Assembly (NCBI GenBank): GCA_000320545.1
Contig: ADNK01000145.1
Span: 1-50,931, forward strand
DNA length: 50,931 nt
Direction of reading: 5' to 3'
Source: Bigelowiella natans CCMP2755
Lineage: Eukaryota; Protista; Cercozoa
Positions within the stretch are counted from its first letter, which is position 1. Every line of letters begins with the position of its first letter. Below the pieces are notes generated by a model. That model saw nothing but the letters and a program-made list of their open reading frames with translations. It did not search any database and had not been told where the DNA came from. Positions 39,279 to 50,931 of this stretch are shown one piece after another. A program made the translations under genes and the position numbers.

Positions 39279-39779
39279 GATCGTTGTTTGGGGGGGGGAT
39301 GATCCACCGTAGCAATTGTGCGGAGATATTCGTAAGAAAACCTCACCGACGCTGAAGTCTCAGTACGCAAAATCCAAGCGAAAAATATTGTATAATTCCA
39401 CGAATAATTGTCGCAGCAACTATTTACTCATTTTTCCGCGTTGTGGAATTGTCCCCCAAGGTCTTATAAAAACGAGAATAGAGTTGCTTCTTCAAAGCTC
39501 AAATTGTGGTGGTCTCCCCGAAATCCGGGATTCGATCAGATTTTGAGAAAATACCATGTATTTTCTATTCGAAATGAGGGATTCAGGAGGAAAGCAAACA
39601 TTCTCGTAGCGGAGGGGGAAATTTGAAACGCGCTCGGCAGAACGCACACGTGCACGTGCACAAGCAAACACTCCACCCCGCCTTAAGAAACCCACGCCCT
39701 CCCCAGGAAAACAGAACCAGCTTTGGGCGCCATATTGCTTGTTTTCGAGTTGTGTTCGAATGCTTTCATCATTTTCTTC
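39279..39779. promoter_or_regulatory. Probable bidirectional promoter between transketolase and the divergent gene; contains the palindrome CACGTGCACGTG (39647-39658)
   Basis: About 500 bp without SSRs between two head-to-head start codons, with tandem CACGTG boxes. Function is inferred. Confidence 0.4.
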
Positions 39780-41871
39780 ATGGGTGAGTGTCTCTACTAT
39801 TGGGTCCAGCAGTCGATTGCATGCGTAAGTTTCCGAACATGCATTGCATCTTATTCCACCAATCTTCCCTAATCCCTCCTTTCAGATTCAGACTACTGAT
39901 GCACCGAAAAAAGTTGCGGGTCCTGCGAAAGCGGGTGACGAGAACCCTGAGAATGTGAGATCTTTGGTCTTTTGGAGGAACGACATACACAGAGATGGGT
40001 TTATAAACGTATCGTCAGGTAAAGTCCCCCTCGCAGCTTAAGCGGCTCGTGATAATTGGCGACCATTACCCTGCAATCAATGAAAATGTTAAGAAGCAAC
40101 ATTGGAAAGCTCTATCAGCAGCGATCGAGGTAATAATTTTACACTTCACTATGCTTTCTTATCTATGACAACTCCTTGGATTATAGGGGTGGAGCGAGGA
40201 GTGTAAAGGAGGAAACCCGTTAACGATCCTTGCAGAGCAGAGGTTACATAAGAGTACACGTCGCACGTGTTCCGATGTCTGAAATTCAATTGAGCCCGCA
40301 GCAACAACTTTATTATTATTCTGCCGGTATTTCTGATAACACAGCGTACCAAGCAACCAGACGAAAATACCTCTTCAGATTCCTCAGAGCGACAAATCAG
40401 AATCGCAAAGCAAGAGAGATCTCAAAATTGAAGCAAGGCAAAAGGTGTGTTCGTGTGTGTACGTGTGTGTGTGTGTGTCTTTCTGCCCAAGTCAGATCCT
40501 CGTTGATTAAAGAATCATTGGTTGCATAGGCCGAACTTGCCATTCTAACACAGCACCTTCGCTCCAAGCTTTGCTACCATTCGCAGCAGATACGGGACGG
40601 TGAGTGTTTTTAAAAAATGAGGCGTGTAGAACCCATTCTGCTTTGCTATCGCATACAACCTTGGATGCTGCTCTGTTGCTAATCACAGGCACGCTCAACG
40701 CAGAGCTAAAGCTTGGGCAGAAAGTGGAGATAATGGGTTCGGATACGTCATCGTCATCGTCATCGTCGTTGTTGTCGTCGTCGTTTTGCTCGTTCACAAA
40801 TAAAATCGGAAGGATACTTGTATCTCGAATAAAAGAAATACTTTCGCACCTTAATTATTTAAAGTACTCTGATGAGTAAGCATACCCCAATGATTTCTAT
40901 GGTTTTAAAAAAGGTTTCTCTAAATAACGATTCTAGATACAAATATTTTCTAAAGTCTAGCATACATGCAGGTCTGCAATCCGCTCCGCATTTCAACGGT
41001 CTTGCTGGCAAAATTGCATCCGAATCTTCCGACAACGGCAGGTTAGGATATTAGAGCTCAGTTGTAGTTGTAAGCCATACGTCGGTAAATATGATAATCA
41101 TCGTCATTTTCATTCATTTGATTTAACCACGTTGCTATAAATGCAGGTACTCCATCTCAATCGAGGGACATCAGAAGCCGTTCTTACTCAAGAGGGCAAA
41201 TTTGAAACTTGTAATTCACGAAATATAAAAGATACTTTCCTTGAAAAGCGCAAATGCTCCCAACAAAAAACGGCAAACCTTTTGTTGTAAACGCCTCGTG
41301 GAACAGAATGCATATCATTCGTGCTGACAAAAGCTGTGAGCTTGGTTTGGGCAGAGAGGGCTAAGATATTTTGAGAGTTTTCAATTCGTTTGTATCCACT
41401 GTCCTATATACCGTCGAGGAAAATTCTTTTTAGCTTCAAAACCATCAATTATATCTTGACTTTTCTGTATTTGTTACCGGTAGGATGCTAAAGATGTGAA
41501 GACAAATTTGTCGCCTAAATCAAACCTTATCGTCGATATGGTACCGTCGTAATGCTAGCTTCTCACCTTCTCTCATCACAACATACCTTTTGCTCCGTTT
41601 CATTGCGACTAAAAAGATGCCTCTCATCCCGACGTTTTATCCTCCTTTTCATCAGGTTAATACTTACGATCTGGCCTATCTGGGTACTTTCGTTGTTCTT
41701 GCAATCAAGGTGCCGGTTGTAGAAGTGACCTAGGAACAACGATTCAATTATGACAAGATATCTTCGCTGCCGTCAATAAAACCAACGATGGCTTTGTTCT
41801 GAGATACTAAGGAAAAAATACGAATTCTATATCTTTAGTTCCCTTACACGCACTTGTTCGTGGTTCTTCTT

Positions 41872-41902
<31 letters not shown>

Positions 41903-42226
41903 TCTGCCCCTTCCCCTCTTCCCTCCTTTCTCTTTCTCTCCTTCTCCCACATCAGTTCTGGAAGCCAGTTCAGCAGAGCGCAAGTGCGAAGGTGATAAGG
42001 ATCTTTCCTCATCTGTCTTTTATCGAGGGATGATGGGAGGATTGTCTTCTCATAAAATAACCAGTACATATGGACTCACAACATCTACAACAACCACAAT
42101 GGTGAATACAGACCGACGGAGACCGTATGCTTCGTTTCATCAAGAACTCACACGACGTTGCATGGGTCCAGCTTTTTGCCCAGGTTCTACTTCTATTTTT
42201 CTTTCATTTCCTTTCCCCTCCCGGAG

Positions 42227-42263
<37 letters not shown>

Positions 42264-43511
42264 ACACCATAATCTGGTGCTAATGAATATACAGGTGAAG
42301 AGCATATTGGCAGAGTCGAGGAAGGTGGGAGATCATCTCCAAGCGTTACACATGTTTTCACTCATAAGAGAAGGAAAGATGTACAAACCACATGCGGTTG
42401 TTTTAGGTAGAAGAAAAGAGCCAAAGCGAGGAACTGAAAGCCATGCTACAACAGAGGACGAAGGTCAAATCCAGCAACTAACACCTAAGAGAAAGAGATA
42501 TTGATGATGGATGACAAAAAATTGTTCTCCTTTCAAAGAATCCTTGTTTTACCGAATGCTTATGATTCTCTCTTATCCCTACCATGTTCGTGTGCAATGC
42601 TGAATACAGGAGTTGGCGTTGAGACTGAAACAAGCAAGGGTATTATTATCGATGAAGTAACTCTATCTGAGCGCATCATAGCCATCAGCCTTTCAAATCT
42701 GGACTATTGCGCCATCTCCTCTTTTTGTTCTTGAAAGTGTGTAATAAGTTCCTTTCCACTACCACAGGAATTCTGCGCAAAGTATGCAGAAGATGAGAAT
42801 GAGAGATATTGTCTCTCATTTTTTTCGGTACATGTAATGAATGATGTGTGCATCTTGAAGCTATATACTTCTTCATCCTAGCAGTAAATGGGTACACATA
42901 TTCGATGTTGGCTAAAACATCTTTCTTCCTTCTTCTCGTCGTCATAACCCAGGCTGTAAAAACAGAGGGCGATTCCGCTTTACAGAAGTGGTGCTCATGG
43001 GCGGTAGTACACCTGCTTTCGACTATCACGCACGCACGCACACACACGCACACACGGTACATTTATGTGTCACAAACGAGTTGTTTTGAAATACTTTGAC
43101 AAGAAACATATTCCAGCGGATAATAAGAATAATGCCCCTCATGATCTAGAGATACATGTGGCTTCTAAACACCCGTTTGCTTTGCATACTCTATCGTTTT
43201 TAAACAGGATAAATTGGCGTATGCGGCGAGGGATCTGATGATTTTCAATCGAATTCTCGCTAAGCTCAAGGTTGACAGCGCCTGTTGCTCTAATCATCCA
43301 TCCATCCATCCCAAGCCAGCAGAGTGTCTAGAGTTATTAAATGTTTGTATCCTCTCAAGTGGGGGTGGGAATTCATGCATCTTCTGCCATCCGGTTGAAA
43401 TAGGACCGATGAGCTAATGTGGAAAATCCCTCTTCGTATGCGTGTGTGCGCGTAGCAGCCGTCACTCATGGAAAAATGAGAGCTGATTAATATCATCCCA
43501 ACCCCCACCTT

Positions 43512-43556
<45 letters not shown>

Positions 43557-43557
43557 C

Positions 43558-43595
<38 letters not shown>

Positions 43596-44359
43596 CGGGC
43601 TTGGGGAATAAGACTGGTGATAGGATCGTTGCTTTGGTGGAAAACAACATTGCTGTGTCGCTATTGCACCTTCTGAACAAGGTCCGAATAATATGATTTC
43701 TAGTCATCTCCAAGCATAATTCAGTCATCAACAGGTAGTTAAGATCTAAAACTTCCATATTTAGGTGAATCTCGAATGCATACATTTCGGTGGGACAATG
43801 GTCAAGTAAGTAGCTAAAATCATTATCCCTCATCGTTTTCTCTTCGTTACTAAAGAATGACCTTATGAGAATATCTGGAACAACAACACACTAGGCTTCT
43901 CCCGAACCATCCGCCATCAGCCATTTCAAAATTCGATGACAACTATTTGGAGAAGGTGATTTCCTTCTTGGAAATTCTTATATCTGCATAACCCTCCTCA
44001 CAATGTGGACGATGTGTAGGTCGTACCTTCTGCATTTACGATGCAGGCAAAGAAAGGGGGACTCGTCACGCAGACGATTTCGGAAGAAGGTGACTCTTGC
44101 TGTGTTTTCCTTGTACTGCATCAATGAAGTTTGTTCAATTCGACACCACACACATGCGCGCACACAAATAATGTATTAAATTTTTACATATGATTCACAA
44201 AAATACTGAGTGTGTGTATGTAAGTATGTTTATAGGTGTCTGACAAATATGATTTTATGTGTGTGTTCAGATTTAAAGTGTGAGCAAAGCAAGACAGGAA
44301 AAAAAGGAAAAAATAAGAAAAAAAAAGGAGGAAAAAAGAAAGCACGCCCAAGACGATAA
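39780..44359 (+). CDS. Multi-exon (more than 20) hypothetical protein with an embedded small SH3/KOW-like beta domain, a possible TraB/ChaN-like scaffold and a Lys-rich C-terminus
   Basis: Exons: MGECLYYWVQQSIAC|IQTTDAPKK..|VKSPSQLKRLVIIGDHYPAINENVKKQHWKALSAAIE|..|GTLNAELKLGQKVEIM|GLQSAPHFNGLAGKIASESSDNGR|YSISIEGHQKPFLLKRANLKL|DAKDVK..|..DKLAYAARDLMIFNRILAKLK|..IVALVENNIAVSLLHLLNK|..KKKARPRR* (TAA 44357-44359). Confidence 0.6.
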
Positions 44360-45707
44360 ATTACATTTGATACCGAATAGTAAACAGATATCTTATCCAA
44401 TAGGGGCTAGATTGAGAAGGTACCATTCCGTATGCGTTACTCTTGGAAGATCAGTTAAAACGATGGGATAATAAGAATGGTGCGCAATGTAGCTATTATG
44501 GCAAGCTTCAAAAATAAACTTGTGTTAGCCAAAATATGTAGGTTAATTTACCTATAATAAGATTTGAGCTCACGAACTGCAACATATATGTAACAATAAG
44601 TAATAAGCGCTCGTTCTTCATCGTATAACTCTGACATTGCGGCGCATAAGAATGATGTATGTGCGGTTTCTATTAAAGCTTCCTTTGCTTCACAAATTGG
44701 ATTATTTGCTACATCGTGATGTTGATGCACAGAAAATGAAATAGCTCAACTGACAGCTACTTAGCTAGGGTTATCACATGACTGATGAGTATATGAGGAA
44801 GCAACTTTAATGAAAGGAATGAAGCCACTCTGCCTCCGAACAATTCTACAAGTCCGATCCGCTTTTAATTTCTCTCAGCACATGCACATGCAAATGCAAT
44901 GTTTGTGTTTTGTCATCTAGCCCACCCAGAATGTCATCTGGTTAAGGATGTACAATTTAAACAGAGTTCTAGTTTAAGAAAAAGTAGGCAATTAGCATGA
45001 AATTCGTATTTGTGCGAGTTAACCTGCCTCCCTTCTGCAACTACGTTTCCTTTTTCCTCATAAAGGCTACAAAAGCTGTCACATGCACTTTGCTCCCTAG
45101 AGTCTGAAAGCATATTGAGCTATGAAGACTGGTCTACTCTCATCAGTTTCCAGAAAGAAACTGCGAAGAACACGCTTACAACATCAGGACAACTTTTTGT
45201 TGGACTCAAAAGCTGAGCAATGCGGCAATGCGGGAAACACCGGCACTATCCGATAAAAATCAAACAAACCCCGCTCCTAAAAACAATAACATCAAAAGCA
45301 ACATAGGGTTTTCACCTTGCGTCAAAACATAAAGCATTTCCTAGAAGAAAAGGGACGAGATTTTCACGATAAAATATAGCCTAAAAACCGCCTGCGTTTT
45401 GATGAGTTTTGGTTTCTTCCAACAAGAGCCGCGGATCCAACGATTTCAAGCATTGCCCGATTTCGGACGAATGCTGCTGACCCCTAAGATGTGCTTCCAG
45501 ACCGATGTCACGGCCATCGAAGGGCAGAAGGAGAAGAATGAAACGGGTGTGGTTGCTTCATTTATTACTTGTTGTGGGTACTGCTTTCCAGATATATCCG
45601 TCCTCCTAACTCCCACCGGTGCTACAATATTCTCAGTTGCATTCAGTCTGCTCAAGAGCCTAGCTTTCGGGGGTGACGTAGCGACCTCGCTTTTGGTAGT
45701 CGAATAT

Positions 45708-46191
45708 ATGCGCGAGGATTCGCTCAGGGTATAGTAGTCCCTAAAGTTACCTACCTTTTTCACTTGTGAGTAAGAATGTTTATGGGTAAAAAAGGTTGGG
45801 CAGACGGTGAGGATTGCTGGGCTTACTAAGGTCGTCGTCGTCGTCGTCGTCGTTGTTTATGATAAGAACGAACCGCAAAGATTGATTGACAGCAGGATTA
45901 CTTTACAATAGTTTTGTGTTAAGATGGGTTCACAGTATTATTGAATAATGCCATTCTTCTGAATCATCTCTCGGCGTGTGTTTGTTGAAGGGGAAGGACT
46001 ACAACGGCATGATCGGCATCGTCTTCGGGGAGCTCAACCAGTAAAATAAATCAAACGCTGCTTGCTGCATATTGATTTATCTGCTATTCACAATAAGATA
46101 CTACTTACGATTATCTTGTAATTGTACAAAAAGGAGGGGAAGATATCCTGTCATGTTGTGGGAAGCGAAGAAGGTATCACATACAATAGAT

Positions 46192-46235
<44 letters not shown>

Positions 46236-46743
46236 ACACATCCAAAAGTGCACACACATACACCCACCACCATCAGTACCGCCATCCACACACATATTAT
46301 TTTTTTCTGCAGTCCCTGGGGCTGCGAGGGTGTAACCTGTTAAGAGTCCTTGGAGGAGGCGACCAAATGAGAGCTCGAGTTTTGGTAGATAGAGAGTTTG
46401 CTTTGTACATGTTCATCATTTCAAAATGTGATAGAGTCTCTTTATCATTGAATACTGAATGTAGTAGTGGAGGGGGATTCAGATGTCCTACGCGCTCCGA
46501 TTATTAGGTTGTTGGTGCTGGGGCTGCAGGCTTGGCAGCAGCGAAATTCTTGCAAGAACATAAAGTAGTAATAGTAGTAGGAGGAGGAGTAGTCTTCATT
46601 GTAGTATTAGATGACTATTTCGTGTTGTTAAATAAAAAAATGACCGAATTTAGTACTACTTCTTTAACTACTTACGTAATGGCAGCCAGTAGTACTATCA
46701 CATCTACTTTTTACACACACAACACACACACACACATTTTTAC

Positions 46744-46789
<46 letters not shown>

Positions 46790-47748
46790 ATCGTCGAAGG
46801 TCAGCGTAGCTGTGTTGGAGGGACGACCTCGTCTCGGGGGGCGGACATTCACTCTGGAGCTGCCTGAGAGGTGATGACCGATATCTGATCAGCACACAAA
46901 GGACTCACTTTTGCAGATTACTTTTTTCTGGGAGAACAAAATCCGAATGAAGTCAATTTTGCAGCTAACCTACTCTTGCCTATCCACCCCCCCCCCCAAC
47001 CCCCCTCTCTCTCTCTCTCTCTCTCTATTTCTCCCTTTTACATACTTGCGACCGAATCATAGGAAATCATTGGGACTAAGAGCCGACAAGGTTGACTTGG
47101 GCGCAAGCTACATCCACAACTGCAACGAAAGCAACGAAGTATACAATATCGCTCTCGAAGAGAAACCGTTTGTGTCTGTTGGAGCTGGAAATCGATGGGC
47201 CGACACCGAGTGCGCGCGCTGGTTTGACGAGAAAACGGGAGAAGAAATGCCGGTAATATATCATTAGGCACAGAACGATGTACTCCGTGAGCGTGTTTTT
47301 GAGTTATCTTTTGGTTGAAGAAGAGAATCAGGAGGGATGATGGTGGTGATGGTGATGATAATGGAGCTGGTGTATTAGTTTTAGTCTCCCCCTTTAAATT
47401 AAGGCACCATTTATCAGCAGCGACGAACGACGATAGATAGACACTGGCAGCATCTTCATCATCATCATCATCATCACCATCACCATCATTATCTTATTAT
47501 CATCGCCGTTAGTCCCCAGTTTCATTGCCTCCTCCTCCTCTCCTCCTCGTTGTTCGCATCATTCCTGACCAGGTTCTCTCAAACGCGAAAGTGCATTTGA
47601 TGCACTGGAAAATAGGATCCAGGATGACGCGCATTGCCAAAGAACTCGGCGCTGCGAAAGCTCCCACCACGCCCATTTCTGAGGTCAAACAAGACATTTA
47701 AAACATATTATCAGTACTTTCCACCACGGGATTGATGACTATATCCTG

Positions 47749-47783
<35 letters not shown>

Positions 47784-48504
47784 GCGGTGGTGGTGTAACA
47801 ACCGCATCGCAGAACAAGATCATCGGTATCTTCGTCAGCAGAAATGTTCACGATTTCAGACTGCTAATCTTCAAAAAAATGCACTTTCTATCAGGTGTTT
47901 GAGCAAGCCAAGCAGTCGCTTTATGGCCGCAATAAACGCAAGCTGACGAAGGAGGAGGACCGAATGCTTACGACAATTATGACACGGATGTGGGGGTGAG
48001 AGAGTAGTAGTAGCAGTAGCAGTAGCGGTAGATATAGAAAGGAAGGAAACTATAACATTATTACCCCTACTACTGATTGACTCATTTCCGTGGAACGATG
48101 CTGCGATCCCTTCTTCGATGGTTCCAGTGCTATTATCGTTCAGCATCGTAATTAATGATAGCATCTCGAATCTGTTCCTTTTTAATCTTCAAAGCATAGA
48201 GAGGGGGGAGGGATGAACGAGGGATGAGTGTATGTGCGCTCCATGAAAAACGGTTGTTATCGCTGCCTGCTTAAAGTAAGTAAATAACAATCATCCCTGC
48301 ACATAATCCACGAAAAGGTACGTCTCAAATATGGACAACACTGCTTCTGAGCTGGTGCGACATCTGCCACAAGACGATGTTGATCTCAACCAGTTCATTG
48401 GTAATTATTTTACATCATCGACCAGACGGCACATCATCATCATTGCTTTGCTTATTGCATTGCTTGCTGGGGAAGTGTGATTCTTATACACGCAAACGCA
48501 CACA

Positions 48505-48541
<37 letters not shown>

Positions 48542-49317
48542 GCACTCGCACGCATAAGACATTTCATTTACATAATCATCAGGTTCCAAATTTTACAACA
48601 TGCAGTACAGCATGTCCCTGGACGTACGCGTACAGAAGACGAATCGGCCGAAAGTGGGGCCTCTTGATCCCAAAGACGGCCCTGGCGACAGACTTTTGAG
48701 TGCGTCCCCCCTCCTCCGCTTCCTCCTCCTCTTCATCCTCTTCATCCTCTTCATCCTCTTCATCCTCTTCATCCTTCCACATATCAGCAGCAGATAAAGG
48801 AGGAAGAGGAGGAGGAGGAGGAGGAGGAGGAGGAGGAGGAGAGACATGATGATAACATTTAATGTAATTTCCCAGGTAATGGATATGGCCCATTTTTAGT
48901 GCGCTACCTTTCGAAGGGCTTACGATGCATCACTGGAAAGTCGGTGTCTAAGATCGTCCTCAACAACAGCGCCACGGTCTGTCTTCTCCACAACACCGCT
49001 CTAACATCGTTTGCAACTTATCTCCGGAATTGAATCGTTACCACCTAATAATAGGGATCATCATCATCATCATCATCATCATCATCGTTATCGTCGTCGT
49101 CGGGTTCTGAGCGCAAGAAAAAGGCTATGATGCGAGCGTCTAAGCGAAAACGGCCGCAAGTCACCATTCGGTAGTAGGATATAGTGCAAGATATACTCCA
49201 CGCGTCGTCTTTAATTTCCCTACCATTTCATTCAAAGTCATCTGGTGTGAACAACTCAATATACGGTGTTGTCCCCCTTGATATACGTCGAGATAATATG
49301 CTGCACACACAACGCAC

Positions 49318-49357
<40 letters not shown>

Positions 49358-50030
49358 TCATCGCACATCGCTCCCTACTACTACTAGGTGTCGGGACGGC
49401 TCTTGCTACACGTGCGACTACGTGTTGTGCGCTGTGCCGCTTGGAGTGCTGCAGAGCAAGCATAAGGACAGCTCCATCTTCTTCGATCCCCCCCTTCCTC
49501 CCAAAAAGCAGAATGCAATCGAGAGCTTAGGTAGAGGAATGCGATATAAACAGTAGTAGCAGCAGCATTATACAACGACAAATAAAGAATGAAAGTTGAA
49601 TAATATCGACTTCTCTCACCACCACTGCTTAACGTGTGTGTTTCTGTGGCCCTTGCTAGGCTCAGGGGCGCATAATAAGATACTAGTGCGCTTTAGACCA
49701 GACGACGTATTCTGGCCAGAAGACACGCCTCAGATCGTGCCTCTCGATCAACGCTTTCATATCCTCAATCTGCACGCGTACGGCAAAAAAGGCAAGCAAC
49801 AACCCACCAACACTTTTCAGACGTCTTTTAGACTACTTTTTCACCATGAATGCAATGTTGTGAAATAGAATCCGGTAGTTTTATCATCGTCGTCCCCAAA
49901 TGCGGTCAATCAACGCTGCGAGAGTTGCTTGCCAGCGTAGTTGTCGCCTTCATTGGGAATGATCTGAACGTGAAGAGAAAAGAAAAAGAGGACTTGTTTT
50001 TCGTCATTGTTAATCATTATCTTCAATGTG

Positions 50031-50069
<39 letters not shown>

Positions 50070-50315
50070 CCTGTAGGCTGTCTTTGCGCCCACGTCTGGC
50101 CCCCGTGAGTAGCAGTAGTAGTAGTAGTAGGAGGAGGAGGAGGAGGAGGAGGAATAGAAATCGGGGAGAAATAACAGTAAAGATAGAATCTCTGAACTGC
50201 AAAAGCAGCAACCGCCATAGCAACAACCAACACTAACATGCTGCCTTTCCACCATTCTGCCGTCTTTCTGTGCCCCCATATACATATGCTTCGTGTGATA
50301 AATTTGTGTATGTGC

Positions 50316-50352
<37 letters not shown>

Positions 50353-50787
50353 TTGGGGCGGCCATCTTCATCATCTTCTTCTCTTTATTTCCTTCTTTTT
50401 CTTCTTCTTCTTCTTAGATTCGCTGATGGGTGGGACGGAAAGACTGATGAGGAAGTCGTCCGTGAGCTCTGCGAGGTGCTTAAGGGGATGTTTTGGAGGA
50501 GGAAGAAGAAGAAGACAACGAGCAGCAGCAGCAGCAGCGAAAACGATGATGGTAGCGGGGGTCAAGACGATCCAGACGCAGAGGCTTTCAGAAAGGAGCC
50601 TTTTCCAACGCCCTTGGTAGTATTAAGCGCATGATCTTCGTTGGATAGCCTTAGTTCTAACACGGATGTTAACGCACGGTGGATAGTAATAGGAAGAATA
50701 ATGAGTTCATTGTTATCAGGATTATGTAGTTGCTCGGTGGGACAGCGATCCCTTCGCTCTTGGTTCTTATTCTTACCTCAAACTAGG
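45708..50787 (+). CDS. Flavin-containing amine oxidase (LSD1/polyamine-oxidase family) with an N-terminal SH3/KOW-like domain; multi-exon, 3' part beyond the window
   Basis: RARVL|VVGAGAAGLAAAKFL (FAD-binding GxGxxG), LEGRPRLGGRTFT, VDLGASYIH, DYVLCAVPLGVLQ..FDPPLPPKKQNAIESLG, GAHNKILVRF..FWP, RWDSDPFALGSYSY. The N-terminus MREDSLR|VGQTVRIAGLTK.. splices in frame. Confidence 0.88.
48731..48775. repeat. 9-bp minisatellite (TTCATCCTC)~5 in an intron
   Basis: Directly visible. Confidence 0.85.
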
Positions 50788-50831
50788 GTGATAATATGTA
50801 CTCGCGAGTGTGTTGCGCGTGTGCATATACG

Positions 50832-50931
<100 letters not shown>

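Noticed and set aside
41211-41228. Stop codon suggesting the 39780 gene ends here
   Set aside because: A GT donor at 41211 precedes it and in-phase exons continue to 44359. Intron retention could still give a short isoform.

Overview
This is eukaryotic nuclear DNA, gene-dense, with many short GT-AG introns that are packed with microsatellites. The standard genetic code works for every gene I spliced by hand. The style suggests a protist or alga, possibly a chlorarachniophyte-like rhizarian, but that is inference only. I reconstruct about 13 genes in mostly alternating orientation. Firm calls: transketolase (20 exons), JMJD4, an intronless TDY-type MAP kinase, an intronless ArfGAP, and an LSD1/polyamine-oxidase-type flavin amine oxidase cut off at the right edge. 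Family-level calls: an SRPBCC/START protein, a 7TM GPCR-like protein and an MFS-like transporter. Several multi-exon hypothetical genes make up the rest. Most short ORFs in the supplied track are microsatellite or antisense artefacts. The most unusual signal is non-coding: the spacers downstream of gene 3' ends lack microsatellites and are rich in TG/CA and CTAG. One 840-bp island (29881-30720) has almost no TpA outside CTAG, which suggests a localised, context-dependent DNA modification or mutation process.
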